Shown here: positions 45,533 through 55,090 of the stretch, piece after piece
Layout of the letters: each line of letters opens with the position of its first letter
Position numbering within the stretch: the first letter of the stretch is position 1
DNA from: Parcubacteria group bacterium
GTDB taxonomy: Bacteria > Patescibacteriota > Minisyncoccia > UBA6257 > UBA11618
Direction of reading: 5' to 3'
Assembly: GCA_943357895.1 (NCBI GenBank)
Contig: CALRGO010000002.1
Coordinates: 25,926-89,925 of the forward strand
Length of the DNA: 64,000 nucleotides
The notes under the pieces: model-generated
Database searches by the model: none
Told to the model about the DNA's origin: nothing
What the model saw: the letters and a program-made list of their open reading frames with translations, nothing else
Translations under genes and position numbers: made by a program

Positions 45533-46181
45533 TATGCCAATAACTAGCGGAATTTTAGCGTTCGAGAACTCGCATTGGTCGCGCGGCGATCAGGAATTGG
45601 TTTTGCGACATACGCTTGCACTTCCTTTTATTTCCGCCGGACCCGTTCTTGATATTGGGGGTGGCGACGGCCTTTTTAGCTCTCTTATAAAAAAGAAAAC
45701 CGGATTTGATATCCGTCTTGTCGATATATCCCCCATTGCCGTTCAGAAGGCGCGAGAAAAAGGTCTTGACGCTGAAGTTCTCGACATATCCGCCGACTTG
45801 CCATTTCATGATAAGAGTTTTGGTACTGTTTGCGCTCTTGATGTATTAGAGCATGTTTATGATCCACTTTTTCTTTTGTGTGAAATGAAGAGGGTGGGTG
45901 GGTCGGTGGTTATATCCGTACCTAATTTCCATTTTATTTTAGGGAGAATAAGTATGGCTTTTGGCTATATACCTTTTCAATCGAAACCGCGCCGCGGGCA
46001 TATTTATTGGTTTAATTATCCTATTTTATTAAAAATAATTCGTGATGCCGGCATGCATATCGAATCTATTTCCTACGGACCGATTATGCGCTTAGGTGTG
46101 CTTGGCCGCGCACTCGCCAGCTTATGGCCAAACGTTTTTGCTGATAGCTTTGTAGTTTTATTAAAAGAAACTGGTGCATGA
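45513..46181 (+). CDS. class I SAM-dependent methyltransferase
   Basis: VLDIGGGDGLFS motif I, CALDVLEHVYDP. Confidence 0.75.
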   Translation: MNILKNNMPITSGILAFENSHWSRGDQELVLRHTLALPFISAGPVLDIGGGDGLFSSLIKKKTGFDIRLVDISPIAVQKAREKGLDAEVLDISADLPFHDKSFGTVCALDVLEHVYDPLFLLCEMKRVGGSVVISVPNFHFILGRISMAFGYIPFQSKPRRGHIYWFNYPILLKIIRDAGMHIESISYGPIMRLGVLGRALASLWPNVFADSFVVLLKETGA

Positions 46182-47380
46182 GCAGTATATTGTCGATTGC
46201 ATATATCGCAAATATCCGCCTACCAACGGAAAAAGCACACGGTTACCAGATAATGAAAATGTGCGAAGCTTTGGCGGACGAAGGCGCTCATATTGTTCTT
46301 ACTTGTCCCATCCGTCGTCAAACGAACAGCGTGATACAAGAAGCGGCGGACCCCTTCGATTATTATGGGATTCGGCGCATTTTTACGGTCAGATATATCG
46401 CCAATTTCGATATTTTTAGGATAGAGCGGTATATTCCAGCAGGATTTTTTAAGTTCTTCTTTTATATACATTCGGTCGTATGGGGTGCGTATGCTCTTTA
46501 TATGGTTAGAAAAACCTCTGATGCTGTGTATTTGCATGACGATATCCCGCTAGGGATGCTTGCGACGTTTTTTAAAATTCCCCTTATATACGAAGTTCAT
46601 GGGATTCCAGCGGGCGTAGGTAGGTTGACCGTGCGATTTGCGTGCGGCTCCTCCACTTTATTAGTCGGTGCCCTTACGGCTCATATACGTGACCGGCTCA
46701 TTGGTGAATTCGGCTACGATTTCGCAAAGACTGTCATCCTTCCCGATGGCGTTGATCTCGGCTTGTTCTCAGAAAGCCATCCGCGAAGCTATTTTAGAAA
46801 AAAAGCCGGTTTTCTGGCACGCGGGCCGCTCGTGGGGTACGTCGGTACATTTACATCTTTGGGTTATGAGAAGGGGGTTGGTTCTTTGATACGGGCAATG
46901 GCGCTCGTGCGTGAAAAATATCCTGATGCGACTCTTGTTTGCGTGGGCGGTCCGGATGAGCTTATCCCCCAATACGAGAGATTAGTAGCTCATAGTGGAA
47001 TTCCCAAACATGCCGTTTGTTTTACGGGTCATGTAAATTCTTCGGGTGCCGTTTTGCGAATGCGTGCGTGCGACGTTTTAGTTATTCCTTTGCCGTATAA
47101 TGAATTTTTTGCGTATCATACTTCCCCGCTCAAACTTTTTGAATATATGGCTTCGCGTGTCCCTATAGTTGCGTCAGACCTCCCTTCTTTGCGGGAAGTC
47201 ATTTCCGAGCGAACGACCGTTTTTGCGGAGCCAGGAAACGCTGCATCGCTTGCGGCGGGTATTTGCTGTGTGCTTGATGATCCCCGCGCGGCCGAAGAGC
47301 GTGCGGAGGTGGCATATACGGATGTTCTGTCTTATGCATGGCGGGAGCGAGCAAAGGTCGTTATGGGATACATATCATAA
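46178..47380 (+). CDS. glycosyltransferase family 4
   Basis: GT-B architecture, C-terminal nucleotide-sugar binding region. Confidence 0.75.
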   Translation: MSSILSIAYIANIRLPTEKAHGYQIMKMCEALADEGAHIVLTCPIRRQTNSVIQEAADPFDYYGIRRIFTVRYIANFDIFRIERYIPAGFFKFFFYIHSVVWGAYALYMVRKTSDAVYLHDDIPLGMLATFFKIPLIYEVHGIPAGVGRLTVRFACGSSTLLVGALTAHIRDRLIGEFGYDFAKTVILPDGVDLGLFSESHPRSYFRKKAGFLARGPLVGYVGTFTSLGYEKGVGSLIRAMALVREKYPDATLVCVGGPDELIPQYERLVAHSGIPKHAVCFTGHVNSSGAVLRMRACDVLVIPLPYNEFFAYHTSPLKLFEYMASRVPIVASDLPSLREVISERTTVFAEPGNAASLAAGICCVLDDPRAAEERAEVAYTDVLSYAWRERAKVVMGYIS

Positions 47381-47382
47381 TA

Positions 47383-48411
47383 ATGCCTCTTCCGTTATGG
47401 AAAGCCGCTCCGCGCGCTTTCTTGCATTTCAATATTTTAAAAAGCTTTCCAAAGACTGTAGTCCAGTCATTAGGATTATATTTGCGCCAATCGCTAGAAA
47501 AATTTTCTTCTAAGCCCCTATTACTAGTTTTTTCGATTTCTCCGGATCATCTCCGTTTATGGTATTTTTTAGCAAAAAAACGGATTCGGATGGAAGATTG
47601 GCGCTTAGTTATCGTCGATAGTGCTGGAACTTTCGACCCGAAGCTCTTTCCGGATGCCGAGGTTTACCGTTTTTTAAATATTTATCATGGAAGAAAGATT
47701 GATTTTTTTCTGCGCCACCTTTCGTCGGAAGAAATTTTCATTTGCGACGACGATAAATATCTTGAGCGTGCTATTGACTCCGAACTTCGTCTTTTGAAGA
47801 ATCTAGACGTCGCTGCGGTTTCTTTGTGCTCGCGTAATTCTTTTTCGTTCGTGATCGGTGGCGTGCATCATAAGCCGATGGGCTCTTATGCGCTTTTATT
47901 TAAAAAAAGCGCGATCATCGAAAACAACCTTTTTTTCCAGTCTCCTCGGTATGCTGTATCCACCTACAAGGAATTTCCCGTAGGTGTTAAGCATCAGTTC
48001 GGGTATGATACTGCCGATTATGCTAACGAAAAACTGCTTCTTACTGGGTTTGAGATACCTTGCGCGGATGGTGCTGTTACGGGATTTGATGGCTTAAGTA
48101 CTTCATTTGTGTTTCTTTCTTCGTATTCGAAACGGGATGTTACGGAGATGCTTCTCGGTGCTCGGCATTATAGCGGCGGATCTGTAAACGGGGCCGTGAT
48201 GCGGAGTATATATTGCCGTACACAATTTGAAGAGGTTTTTAAGGCGGTTTTTAATGAAAATCCTATTTTTATGAGCGGTTATTCAGGGACTGAAGTGCGC
48301 GCTATTATTCAGGCCAATCTTTTTCTTGATCCGCTTCAAAAAAAGGATATTTTAGGATACTGTGACGCTATGGACAATGTGCGGGAAAAACTTATAAGGC
48401 AAGCAATATGA
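47383..48411 (+). CDS. hypothetical protein, possible GT-A-like glycosyltransferase
   Basis: Start 3 nt after upstream stop; possible DxD-like CDDD motif; no confident family. Confidence 0.35.
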   Translation: MPLPLWKAAPRAFLHFNILKSFPKTVVQSLGLYLRQSLEKFSSKPLLLVFSISPDHLRLWYFLAKKRIRMEDWRLVIVDSAGTFDPKLFPDAEVYRFLNIYHGRKIDFFLRHLSSEEIFICDDDKYLERAIDSELRLLKNLDVAAVSLCSRNSFSFVIGGVHHKPMGSYALLFKKSAIIENNLFFQSPRYAVSTYKEFPVGVKHQFGYDTADYANEKLLLTGFEIPCADGAVTGFDGLSTSFVFLSSYSKRDVTEMLLGARHYSGGSVNGAVMRSIYCRTQFEEVFKAVFNENPIFMSGYSGTEVRAIIQANLFLDPLQKKDILGYCDAMDNVREKLIRQAI

Positions 48412-48992
48412 GTTTTTTTGCCCGTGTTGCTCGAAAGATAGCTTCTTTTTATGCGGGCCTCTCTTTTAGATGTGATCTGCCCGTCTTCCATAGGAATTTC
48501 TTACCCTCTCTGCTGCCTTCATTCGGATTAGACGGTGTGGGGGCTGAGATTGGGGTTGCTCGGGGAGATTTTTCGGCAATTATTTTAAGAAACAGTAATC
48601 TTAGGTTGCTGTATTCGGTCGATTCATGGAGTGGTGATCGGTTTAAAAATTATCCTATTGCGATGAATAAGCTTTCTTGTTTTAAGGGTCGTTCGGTTAT
48701 TATGAAAAATGCTTCTGAGGATGCGTCTGCGAGCATTAAAGATGCTAGTCTTGATTTTATATATATTGATGCTTCTCATGATTATGAGGCTGTTTTACAG
48801 GATCTTGGGCTATGGTGGCCGAAGCTTAAAAAGGGAGGTATTTTTTCCGGACATGATTATATCGACGGTTCTTTCCCCGAAGGAAATTTTGGGGTTAAAA
48901 AGGCAGTTGATATATTTTTGAGTGATAAGTCCCATGGGAGGCTTTTTATTGTTCCGTGGAAATGGCCTACATGGTATTGCGTTAAAAAATAA
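48408..48992 (+). CDS. class I SAM-dependent O-methyltransferase (TylF/MycF-like)
   Basis: LDFIYIDASHDYEAVLQDL and GGIFSGHDY resemble macrocin O-methyltransferase-like sugar methyltransferases. Confidence 0.65.
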   Translation: MSFFARVARKIASFYAGLSFRCDLPVFHRNFLPSLLPSFGLDGVGAEIGVARGDFSAIILRNSNLRLLYSVDSWSGDRFKNYPIAMNKLSCFKGRSVIMKNASEDASASIKDASLDFIYIDASHDYEAVLQDLGLWWPKLKKGGIFSGHDYIDGSFPEGNFGVKKAVDIFLSDKSHGRLFIVPWKWPTWYCVKK

Positions 48993-49003
48993 GAAAATAG
49001 GTT

Positions 49004-50137
49004 GTGCATCCCCTTCTTATCGCCTATTCAATCGACCCCGTAAGCGGCTATGGAACAATGGCTGATTGCCATTGCAGAGCTCTTCTTGAAAAGAATATTC
49101 CTTTTACGCTTTTACTTCCGCGTTCCGCGAAGCGCGTTGCCGTGCCTTATGCATCGAACATACGGTATATTTTACCCCTATTACCTTTTACATTTAATTC
49201 TTTTTATGATGTGGCTCGCCTCCCGTTATTATATGCCCCCATCTCCCTTGCGGGGATCTCTCCGACTATTGTTCATTCGCTCGTTGATTTTCCGTACGCC
49301 TCCCTTGGTTTTCGTATAGCGCGGAAACGCCACCTGCCTTTTATTTTTTCAGCTGTCGGCACGTACTCCGTTGCGCCATTCGGGAACTGGATCGATAAGC
49401 GTCTTTTTATGCCGGCATATATGAATGCGACCCGCATCCTCGCCATTAGTTATTTTACTGCTCAGGCGATGCAGGAGGCCGCCGGCTATTCGAGGTCGGT
49501 GGATGTACTCTATTCACCCGCTGCGGAGCCCAAGCGTCCTGTCTCCCCGCTACCTACCTTTCCGGAATTACCCGTAAGCGCTCGGGTAATTCTTTCGATA
49601 GGCCCCTTAAAAGAGCGGAAGGGTATGGATATTCTTATTAGGGCTTTGCCGCATGTCTTAAAAGTCGTTCCAGCGGCGCATATCGTCATAGTTGCCGCAT
49701 ATGGTGATGTACAAAAATACGATGCGCTTGCGCGCTCATGCGGCGTTTCTGGCCATCTTAGCATTATGGATGCTGTTACGACTGAAAAACTTTTTTTTCT
49801 TTTTGAAAGATCAGAGGTTTTTGCTATGACTCCCCGTCGTATAGGAGATGAATTCGAGGGGTATGGCCTTGTTTATACGGAGGCGGGGTGGCATGCAAAG
49901 CCTGTTATTGCTTCCCGTTCTGGTGGGGCGCCTGAGGCCGTTATCGACGGTAAAACGGGAATTCTTGTTCCTGAAAATGACGAGCTAAAAACAGCGAGGG
50001 CTCTTATCGCCGTTTTGCAGGACGGCGCGTATGCGGCGCGCTTAGGTAGAGGTGGATATGATCTCGCATTAAGTCGCTGTATTGCGGCATATGCGGGCGC
50101 CGTAGTCCGTTTATACGGATCGCAAGGTAATAAATAG
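49004..50137 (+). CDS. glycosyltransferase family 4
   Basis: EGYGLVYTEAGWHAKPVIASRSGG motif. Confidence 0.8.
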   Translation: MHPLLIAYSIDPVSGYGTMADCHCRALLEKNIPFTLLLPRSAKRVAVPYASNIRYILPLLPFTFNSFYDVARLPLLYAPISLAGISPTIVHSLVDFPYASLGFRIARKRHLPFIFSAVGTYSVAPFGNWIDKRLFMPAYMNATRILAISYFTAQAMQEAAGYSRSVDVLYSPAAEPKRPVSPLPTFPELPVSARVILSIGPLKERKGMDILIRALPHVLKVVPAAHIVIVAAYGDVQKYDALARSCGVSGHLSIMDAVTTEKLFFLFERSEVFAMTPRRIGDEFEGYGLVYTEAGWHAKPVIASRSGGAPEAVIDGKTGILVPENDELKTARALIAVLQDGAYAARLGRGGYDLALSRCIAAYAGAVVRLYGSQGNK

Positions 50138-51301
50138 AGCGACGATTGCATTCGAAAATCGAGCGAGAACTCTTGCGAGTATCGCCCCCAAAACCCCGAA
50201 GGGTGGAATAAGGATACATGAAAAAATAAGCATTGCTCCTGCCGCGCTAGTATTAAGAGTAATAGTCTCTTTTTTGCGGAGTAGCGCCCCAAGGGTCGAT
50301 TCGGCAAGATGCGCAGGAAACGCAAGGAACGAGAGGGCGAGTAGCTGGGAGTATCTGAGTGCCTCCGGATATGCGGGGAATGCGAGGGGGAAAAATAAGG
50401 GGGCGGATGCGGCATATGCTATGAAAACGATGGCGGCAATTCCCGTCGCTTGAGCCGTTCTTGCGATGAGCATCCTTTTGATATGGGTGGTATTCATTGC
50501 TGCAACGTGTGCGACGGAGAGGGTTCCTGCGTTTTTAACGAATCCTTTTATCGTTTCAGGTATCATGCGCGCTATAGCGTAGATAGCAACATCTTTCGGC
50601 CCGAAGAAGGCATTAAGAAGTAGGATGTCGGCATAATTCGTCGCTTGTAAGAGTGCCTCAGTCCAGCTAGTTTTTTTTGCGAATTCAAGATATTCCTTTT
50701 TCCCCGGAATTGTATGTGTGGCGGGGTATTGCGCTAGGTAATACGTATACAGGCCGGCAGTCAGGGCGTTTGTGGAGAAAAAAGCGAAAACGAGGGCGGC
50801 GGCGCTATGGGGGAGAAAATATGCCGAAGCGATGAGTGCTGTGGCAAGCGCGCCTGATATAGTGAGGGATCGTGTCGCATAGCGCTGTATATCCCCCGTC
50901 CCCACATAATAGCTTTCGTAGAGACCGCTTATGGCGTAGGGGGTAAAAAATAATCCTCCAATAGCGGCGGCAATACTCAAGCCGTAAGCCCCTGTTAGTG
51001 CATAATACAATGAAAAAAATGCTAATACTGCGATTCCTTGCCATGATTTTTTAATAACCATAGCAGTCCCCTCCGCAAAGGCTCCGTGAATTCTTCGTGC
51101 TCCGGCGGCAATCAGGACTCCCGACATTTTAGGGTATACCGTAAGAAGAGCTATGCCCATAAGCGTACTTATTATCTGGTATTCACCCATGACCGTTTTC
51201 GAGACGAGTCGCGCTACTAAGGTATAAGCGGTAAAAAGCAGAATACTGCCTCCGGCTGACGCTAATCCCATATATGCGTTATTGCGTATGAAGCTTCGCA
51301 T
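50111..51301 (-). CDS. oligo/polysaccharide flippase (MOP superfamily, Wzx-like)
   Basis: ~12 TM helices, polysaccharide biosynthesis protein architecture; 396 aa. Confidence 0.6.
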   Translation of the reverse strand: MRSFIRNNAYMGLASAGGSILLFTAYTLVARLVSKTVMGEYQIISTLMGIALLTVYPKMSGVLIAAGARRIHGAFAEGTAMVIKKSWQGIAVLAFFSLYYALTGAYGLSIAAAIGGLFFTPYAISGLYESYYVGTGDIQRYATRSLTISGALATALIASAYFLPHSAAALVFAFFSTNALTAGLYTYYLAQYPATHTIPGKKEYLEFAKKTSWTEALLQATNYADILLLNAFFGPKDVAIYAIARMIPETIKGFVKNAGTLSVAHVAAMNTTHIKRMLIARTAQATGIAAIVFIAYAASAPLFFPLAFPAYPEALRYSQLLALSFLAFPAHLAESTLGALLRKKETITLNTSAAGAMLIFSCILIPPFGVLGAILARVLARFSNAIVALFITLRSV

Positions 51302-52562
51302 TTGTTTTTTTAAGTACAGCTATGCTGCCATACCCGCAATTTCTCAGGAAGGGGTAGTCCCTGAAACGCTCCATTTTTTTAGCTAAGGGAATTAATCGCG
51401 GAAAATACGGCAGGCATAGGCTGGAGGCTTGGAATGCGGTTATTTCGAATCCCCCCCTGCGTAGTTCTTTACGCATGACATGTGGGTAACGCCATATATG
51501 CGGCAATGCCTTGTTGCCACGATACCCCTCGTCAACCCCTGCGCTGCCGAGGTTTGCTAGTATCCTGCCGCAGCCTACGAACCATGCAAAGGGCGACCAG
51601 CGTGAGATTTCCCAAAAAACATCTTCGCCTAAAATAACAGCGGCGCAGGGATTAAGACATGTTGGTAACGCTATTACCGCTTTGCTTTTCGTGACGCGCC
51701 GCACTTCAGCGAGCCCTTTTTCAAAGCTCGGGAGATGTTCTAATATATGGGAGCTTATTACCCAGTCAAATGAGCTATCCTCGAAAGGGAGATTTTCAGC
51801 GTCCGCCATCACGAACCGTATTTTATTTTCCATGCCGGCTTCTACTGCGTGGCGCTTTGCTTTCGCTATATTGTACTCCGAGATGTCGCACGCGGTTATC
51901 ATGACGCCTTTCTTCGCGAGCATAATTGCAAGCGTTCCGTCCCCGCATCCGTTGTCTAATGCTGCTGTTCCGGCAGGTACGTACTCGACGATCGATGTAT
52001 ATTCCGTTTCATGGACGTACCGCCATAGGGGAAATGCGATACTTTTTTTACTTTCTATGCTTGATTCCTCCCGCTCTTTATAGAGTTCTTTTATAGTTTC
52101 ATTTGATGTATTTTCAGGTTCCGTATTTTTTTCGCCGTAGTCATGAGCGTTAATAAAAATTCCTAAGCATAGGATCGCGGCGATAATGCCGCTTATGGCT
52201 ATAGGCGGAAGACCACTACCCTGCGCTCCTAATTCGGCTACAGTGTGGGCGTTATAGTACCAAAAAGAGCCCCATAAGATGGATGCCCCTGCAATACTGA
52301 AAGAAAAAAGATCTCGTATGTTGATGCGGGTGCGCGCACGAATCAATTTCGGCGCCTTTTTTAATTTCGGTGTAAGAAGGCTTGCTCCTTCCAGTAGGGC
52401 GCTTATACCGACAATCCAGTATATTATCTGCCGCGCCACACCCATGCGTTCCAAAAATCCATTCGAAACGCCATCGATAGCGATGAGAGCTAGTCCCATG
52501 AAAACATACCAAGCAAAAACCAAGCTATTTATTTCAAGAATAAGAAGTAGTATCTTTTTCAT
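51279..52562 (-). CDS. membrane-anchored class I SAM-dependent methyltransferase
   Basis: Two N-terminal TM helices; motif I LDNGCGDGTLA, DWVISSHILEHLP. Confidence 0.7.
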   Translation of the reverse strand: MKKILLLILEINSLVFAWYVFMGLALIAIDGVSNGFLERMGVARQIIYWIVGISALLEGASLLTPKLKKAPKLIRARTRINIRDLFSFSIAGASILWGSFWYYNAHTVAELGAQGSGLPPIAISGIIAAILCLGIFINAHDYGEKNTEPENTSNETIKELYKEREESSIESKKSIAFPLWRYVHETEYTSIVEYVPAGTAALDNGCGDGTLAIMLAKKGVMITACDISEYNIAKAKRHAVEAGMENKIRFVMADAENLPFEDSSFDWVISSHILEHLPSFEKGLAEVRRVTKSKAVIALPTCLNPCAAVILGEDVFWEISRWSPFAWFVGCGRILANLGSAGVDEGYRGNKALPHIWRYPHVMRKELRRGGFEITAFQASSLCLPYFPRLIPLAKKMERFRDYPFLRNCGYGSIAVLKKTNAKLHTQ

Positions 52563-52563
52563 T

Positions 52564-54390
52564 TTATTCCTTTATATAAGCTGAAAAATCCTTCAGTTCT
52601 TTTTTGATAGGAAATATATTAAGCATCTTCATTTCAATTTCATTGCTTTCCGTTTCTTTTGAGACGAGGATCATCGCGGGATTGGCGGTTAAAAAATCAA
52701 CTTCCCGCGGCAGAATGGAATTGAAGGCGGGGCAGCGTATTTCCGTGCAATATTCTTCCAGAACCATCGTTTCGCGGGGGGCAAACGCCCATGCCATATA
52801 CGTTGAATGGGCTTTTTTCGGGATTATCGTTATTGGGCGCAATACGGTCGCATGTAGTGATTTTGCTAATTCGAGTAATTCTTTAATTTGGTCGTATTGC
52901 TCTCTTTTTCGCTTTCCGCCGTCATGACCCTCTATCATGTCATTAAAAACCATTTTTTGTTGGTTGGATGCAGCAAGTACGAATACCGGCAAAAGTCCTA
53001 TCGTGAGAACGGCAATAAATCCCTTACCGATGCGCGGCGAGGCGATCAATGCAATGCCGTCCGCCCCCCACTCGGCAATCAGTAGTGTGAGAATGACGGC
53101 GCTGGGATAGAGAAAAAGATAATAACGGAAAGACTGCCAGCTCGCGTAAAACGCGTGGTATGCCAAAAGCGGCGTTATAAGGAGTGCCCATGGCACGGCA
53201 AATCCCGCGGCTATTTCCGTACGCTTGTTTTTTAAAAAAGCGAGTAAGGTGCCGATTACGCCACCCCAAAGGAGAATCTCCTGTTCTCTCCCTAAATACG
53301 GCTGGGAGAAAAGCGTTAGATGCTCGGCATATTGGTCATAATACGAAATGAGCGTGGGGTTGAAATAATAGAGCACGTGGGACGCATAAAGCGCATAAAG
53401 GATGGCAACGATAGCTGTGGGAAAAAAGAATATTTTTTTAAAGAAGTGCCATGGCGCAGGCTTCGTCTTTTCCTTTTTAAATATAGTGGTAACTATCTGC
53501 ACGCCTTCGCTAATAATCGTCCCCATGCCGATAATAAGGGCGAATACGGCGAGCGTTCCTAGGTGTAGGGCATAAAAAACCGCAAGAAAGACCCAGAGAA
53601 TACGGAGATCTTTTTCATTTTTAAAAAGTATAAAACCGGCAATAAAAAGAAAAATAGCGATTCCTTGCGGAGCTATATCCCCTGAAATTAGATAATAGTT
53701 TATCCAATGAAGGGAAAAAAGCATGGGTACTGCCATAAGTCCTAGCATTTTTCGCGAAAGGGATATACGGGTGAGTTCGGCGATCGCAATGGCTATAAGT
53801 GTGTATATGCCATAAGTCCAAAGAATCATAAAATTTCCGTAGACATCCAGATCTTTAGGAAAAAATGCGACATAGGGAGAAAGTAGCAGAAAAAAAATTG
53901 GCCGGTGGATTTGACTTGTGAATATCTTTACGGTGACGAACGTGGCGTCATGTAGGGATGCTTCGGCATATGCCAGCCAATAATATTGGTCGCTCGCTGC
54001 ATTGAAATAGGGCGCGGTAATTTCCTTAAAATGTACATGTAGTATGGCGAGCATCATGAGGATGGTCGCACCGGAGGCAATGTCGTATGCGCCTATACGA
54101 ATGGCGGGCATGGGCCCCTTTTTTTGCCGGAGCATTACGGCAAGCAGGGCAATAACCGTACCACTTACTACGAGAATCCGCACCGCGGGTGTAATGGGAA
54201 GTGATGCCGCGCAACTTACGAGAAAGGAAATGATTAATTGAAAAAAAAGACCCCCTATTGCGGCATATATAAAGAAAAGAAGGGTGTTTATTTCTTTGCG
54301 TTCCGTAAGGAGTGGGACAGCAAGTAATCCCGGCACGGCGCAGGTTAGGATGAACGGCGGTAGAAATTGAGTTGCGATAAAATGCCACAT
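52564..54390 (-). CDS. polytopic membrane protein (GT-C/polymerase-like) with C-terminal soluble domain
   Basis: About 14 predicted TM helices over 470 aa then ~130 aa hydrophilic tail; 608 aa. Confidence 0.5.
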   Translation of the reverse strand: MWHFIATQFLPPFILTCAVPGLLAVPLLTERKEINTLLFFIYAAIGGLFFQLIISFLVSCAASLPITPAVRILVVSGTVIALLAVMLRQKKGPMPAIRIGAYDIASGATILMMLAILHVHFKEITAPYFNAASDQYYWLAYAEASLHDATFVTVKIFTSQIHRPIFFLLLSPYVAFFPKDLDVYGNFMILWTYGIYTLIAIAIAELTRISLSRKMLGLMAVPMLFSLHWINYYLISGDIAPQGIAIFLFIAGFILFKNEKDLRILWVFLAVFYALHLGTLAVFALIIGMGTIISEGVQIVTTIFKKEKTKPAPWHFFKKIFFFPTAIVAILYALYASHVLYYFNPTLISYYDQYAEHLTLFSQPYLGREQEILLWGGVIGTLLAFLKNKRTEIAAGFAVPWALLITPLLAYHAFYASWQSFRYYLFLYPSAVILTLLIAEWGADGIALIASPRIGKGFIAVLTIGLLPVFVLAASNQQKMVFNDMIEGHDGGKRKREQYDQIKELLELAKSLHATVLRPITIIPKKAHSTYMAWAFAPRETMVLEEYCTEIRCPAFNSILPREVDFLTANPAMILVSKETESNEIEMKMLNIFPIKKELKDFSAYIKE

Positions 54391-54394
54391 ACCC

Positions 54395-55009
54395 TTACGG
54401 GATGGGCTTCCCGACTACTTCCAGTTCGTATGCACCAATCCAGTCTTTTTCAGCCTGCGCCTTGAGGCGTAGGTGGGAGGTTTGCATGCGGTCGTTTATG
54501 ACTGTTTTCACGTCTGCTGGAGAAGGTCCGCTCGCGAGTACTTTCCATGCGGATCCGTTATCCGAAGATTCAAGGGACCATGACCGTATGTAATTTGTAT
54601 TTACTCCGTAATCCCCCCAGCGTATGATAATTTGTTTGATCTCGTAGCTGTCGAGGAGAGTCACGGTATAATCTATTGTATTGCTTCCGGGTGCCGCGAG
54701 CGTTTCCTCTGATCCATCGATTAGCTTTTCTGCGCCTCTTCCTTGGCCGATACTGAGGTCTGAGCGTTCGGGGGTATTGCTTATAACGGACATTTCGTTC
54801 GGCGCGAGGCGTCGGAACGTCGTCATTTCCGTTCCTATGTCCGATTTTCCGCAAATGAAGCTTGCGGGAGAAAGATCAAATTTAAATCCGGTGCCAAGAC
54901 ATGCTCGGACGATAAGAGCCGCCATTCCGACGGAAAGGCATACAGATATGATTATGCCGACTGTTAGTGTCCGTAAAAATCCTTTTTCCATTGCTTTGAT
55001 TGTAGTCAC
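54395..55009 (-). CDS. membrane-anchored discoidin (F5/8 type C)-like carbohydrate-binding protein
   Basis: N-terminal TM; LIDGSEETLAAPG...IRWGD...WSLESSDNGSAWKVL pattern resembles discoidin/CBM32 domains. Confidence 0.5.
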   Translation of the reverse strand: MTTIKAMEKGFLRTLTVGIIISVCLSVGMAALIVRACLGTGFKFDLSPASFICGKSDIGTEMTTFRRLAPNEMSVISNTPERSDLSIGQGRGAEKLIDGSEETLAAPGSNTIDYTVTLLDSYEIKQIIIRWGDYGVNTNYIRSWSLESSDNGSAWKVLASGPSPADVKTVINDRMQTSHLRLKAQAEKDWIGAYELEVVGKPIP

Positions 55010-55090
55010 TGATATTCTTTCCAGTCAATCAGAGTAGTATGTTAGTTCTGGTATTTTTCCCTTTGTCATGGATACTATTACTATATACGC

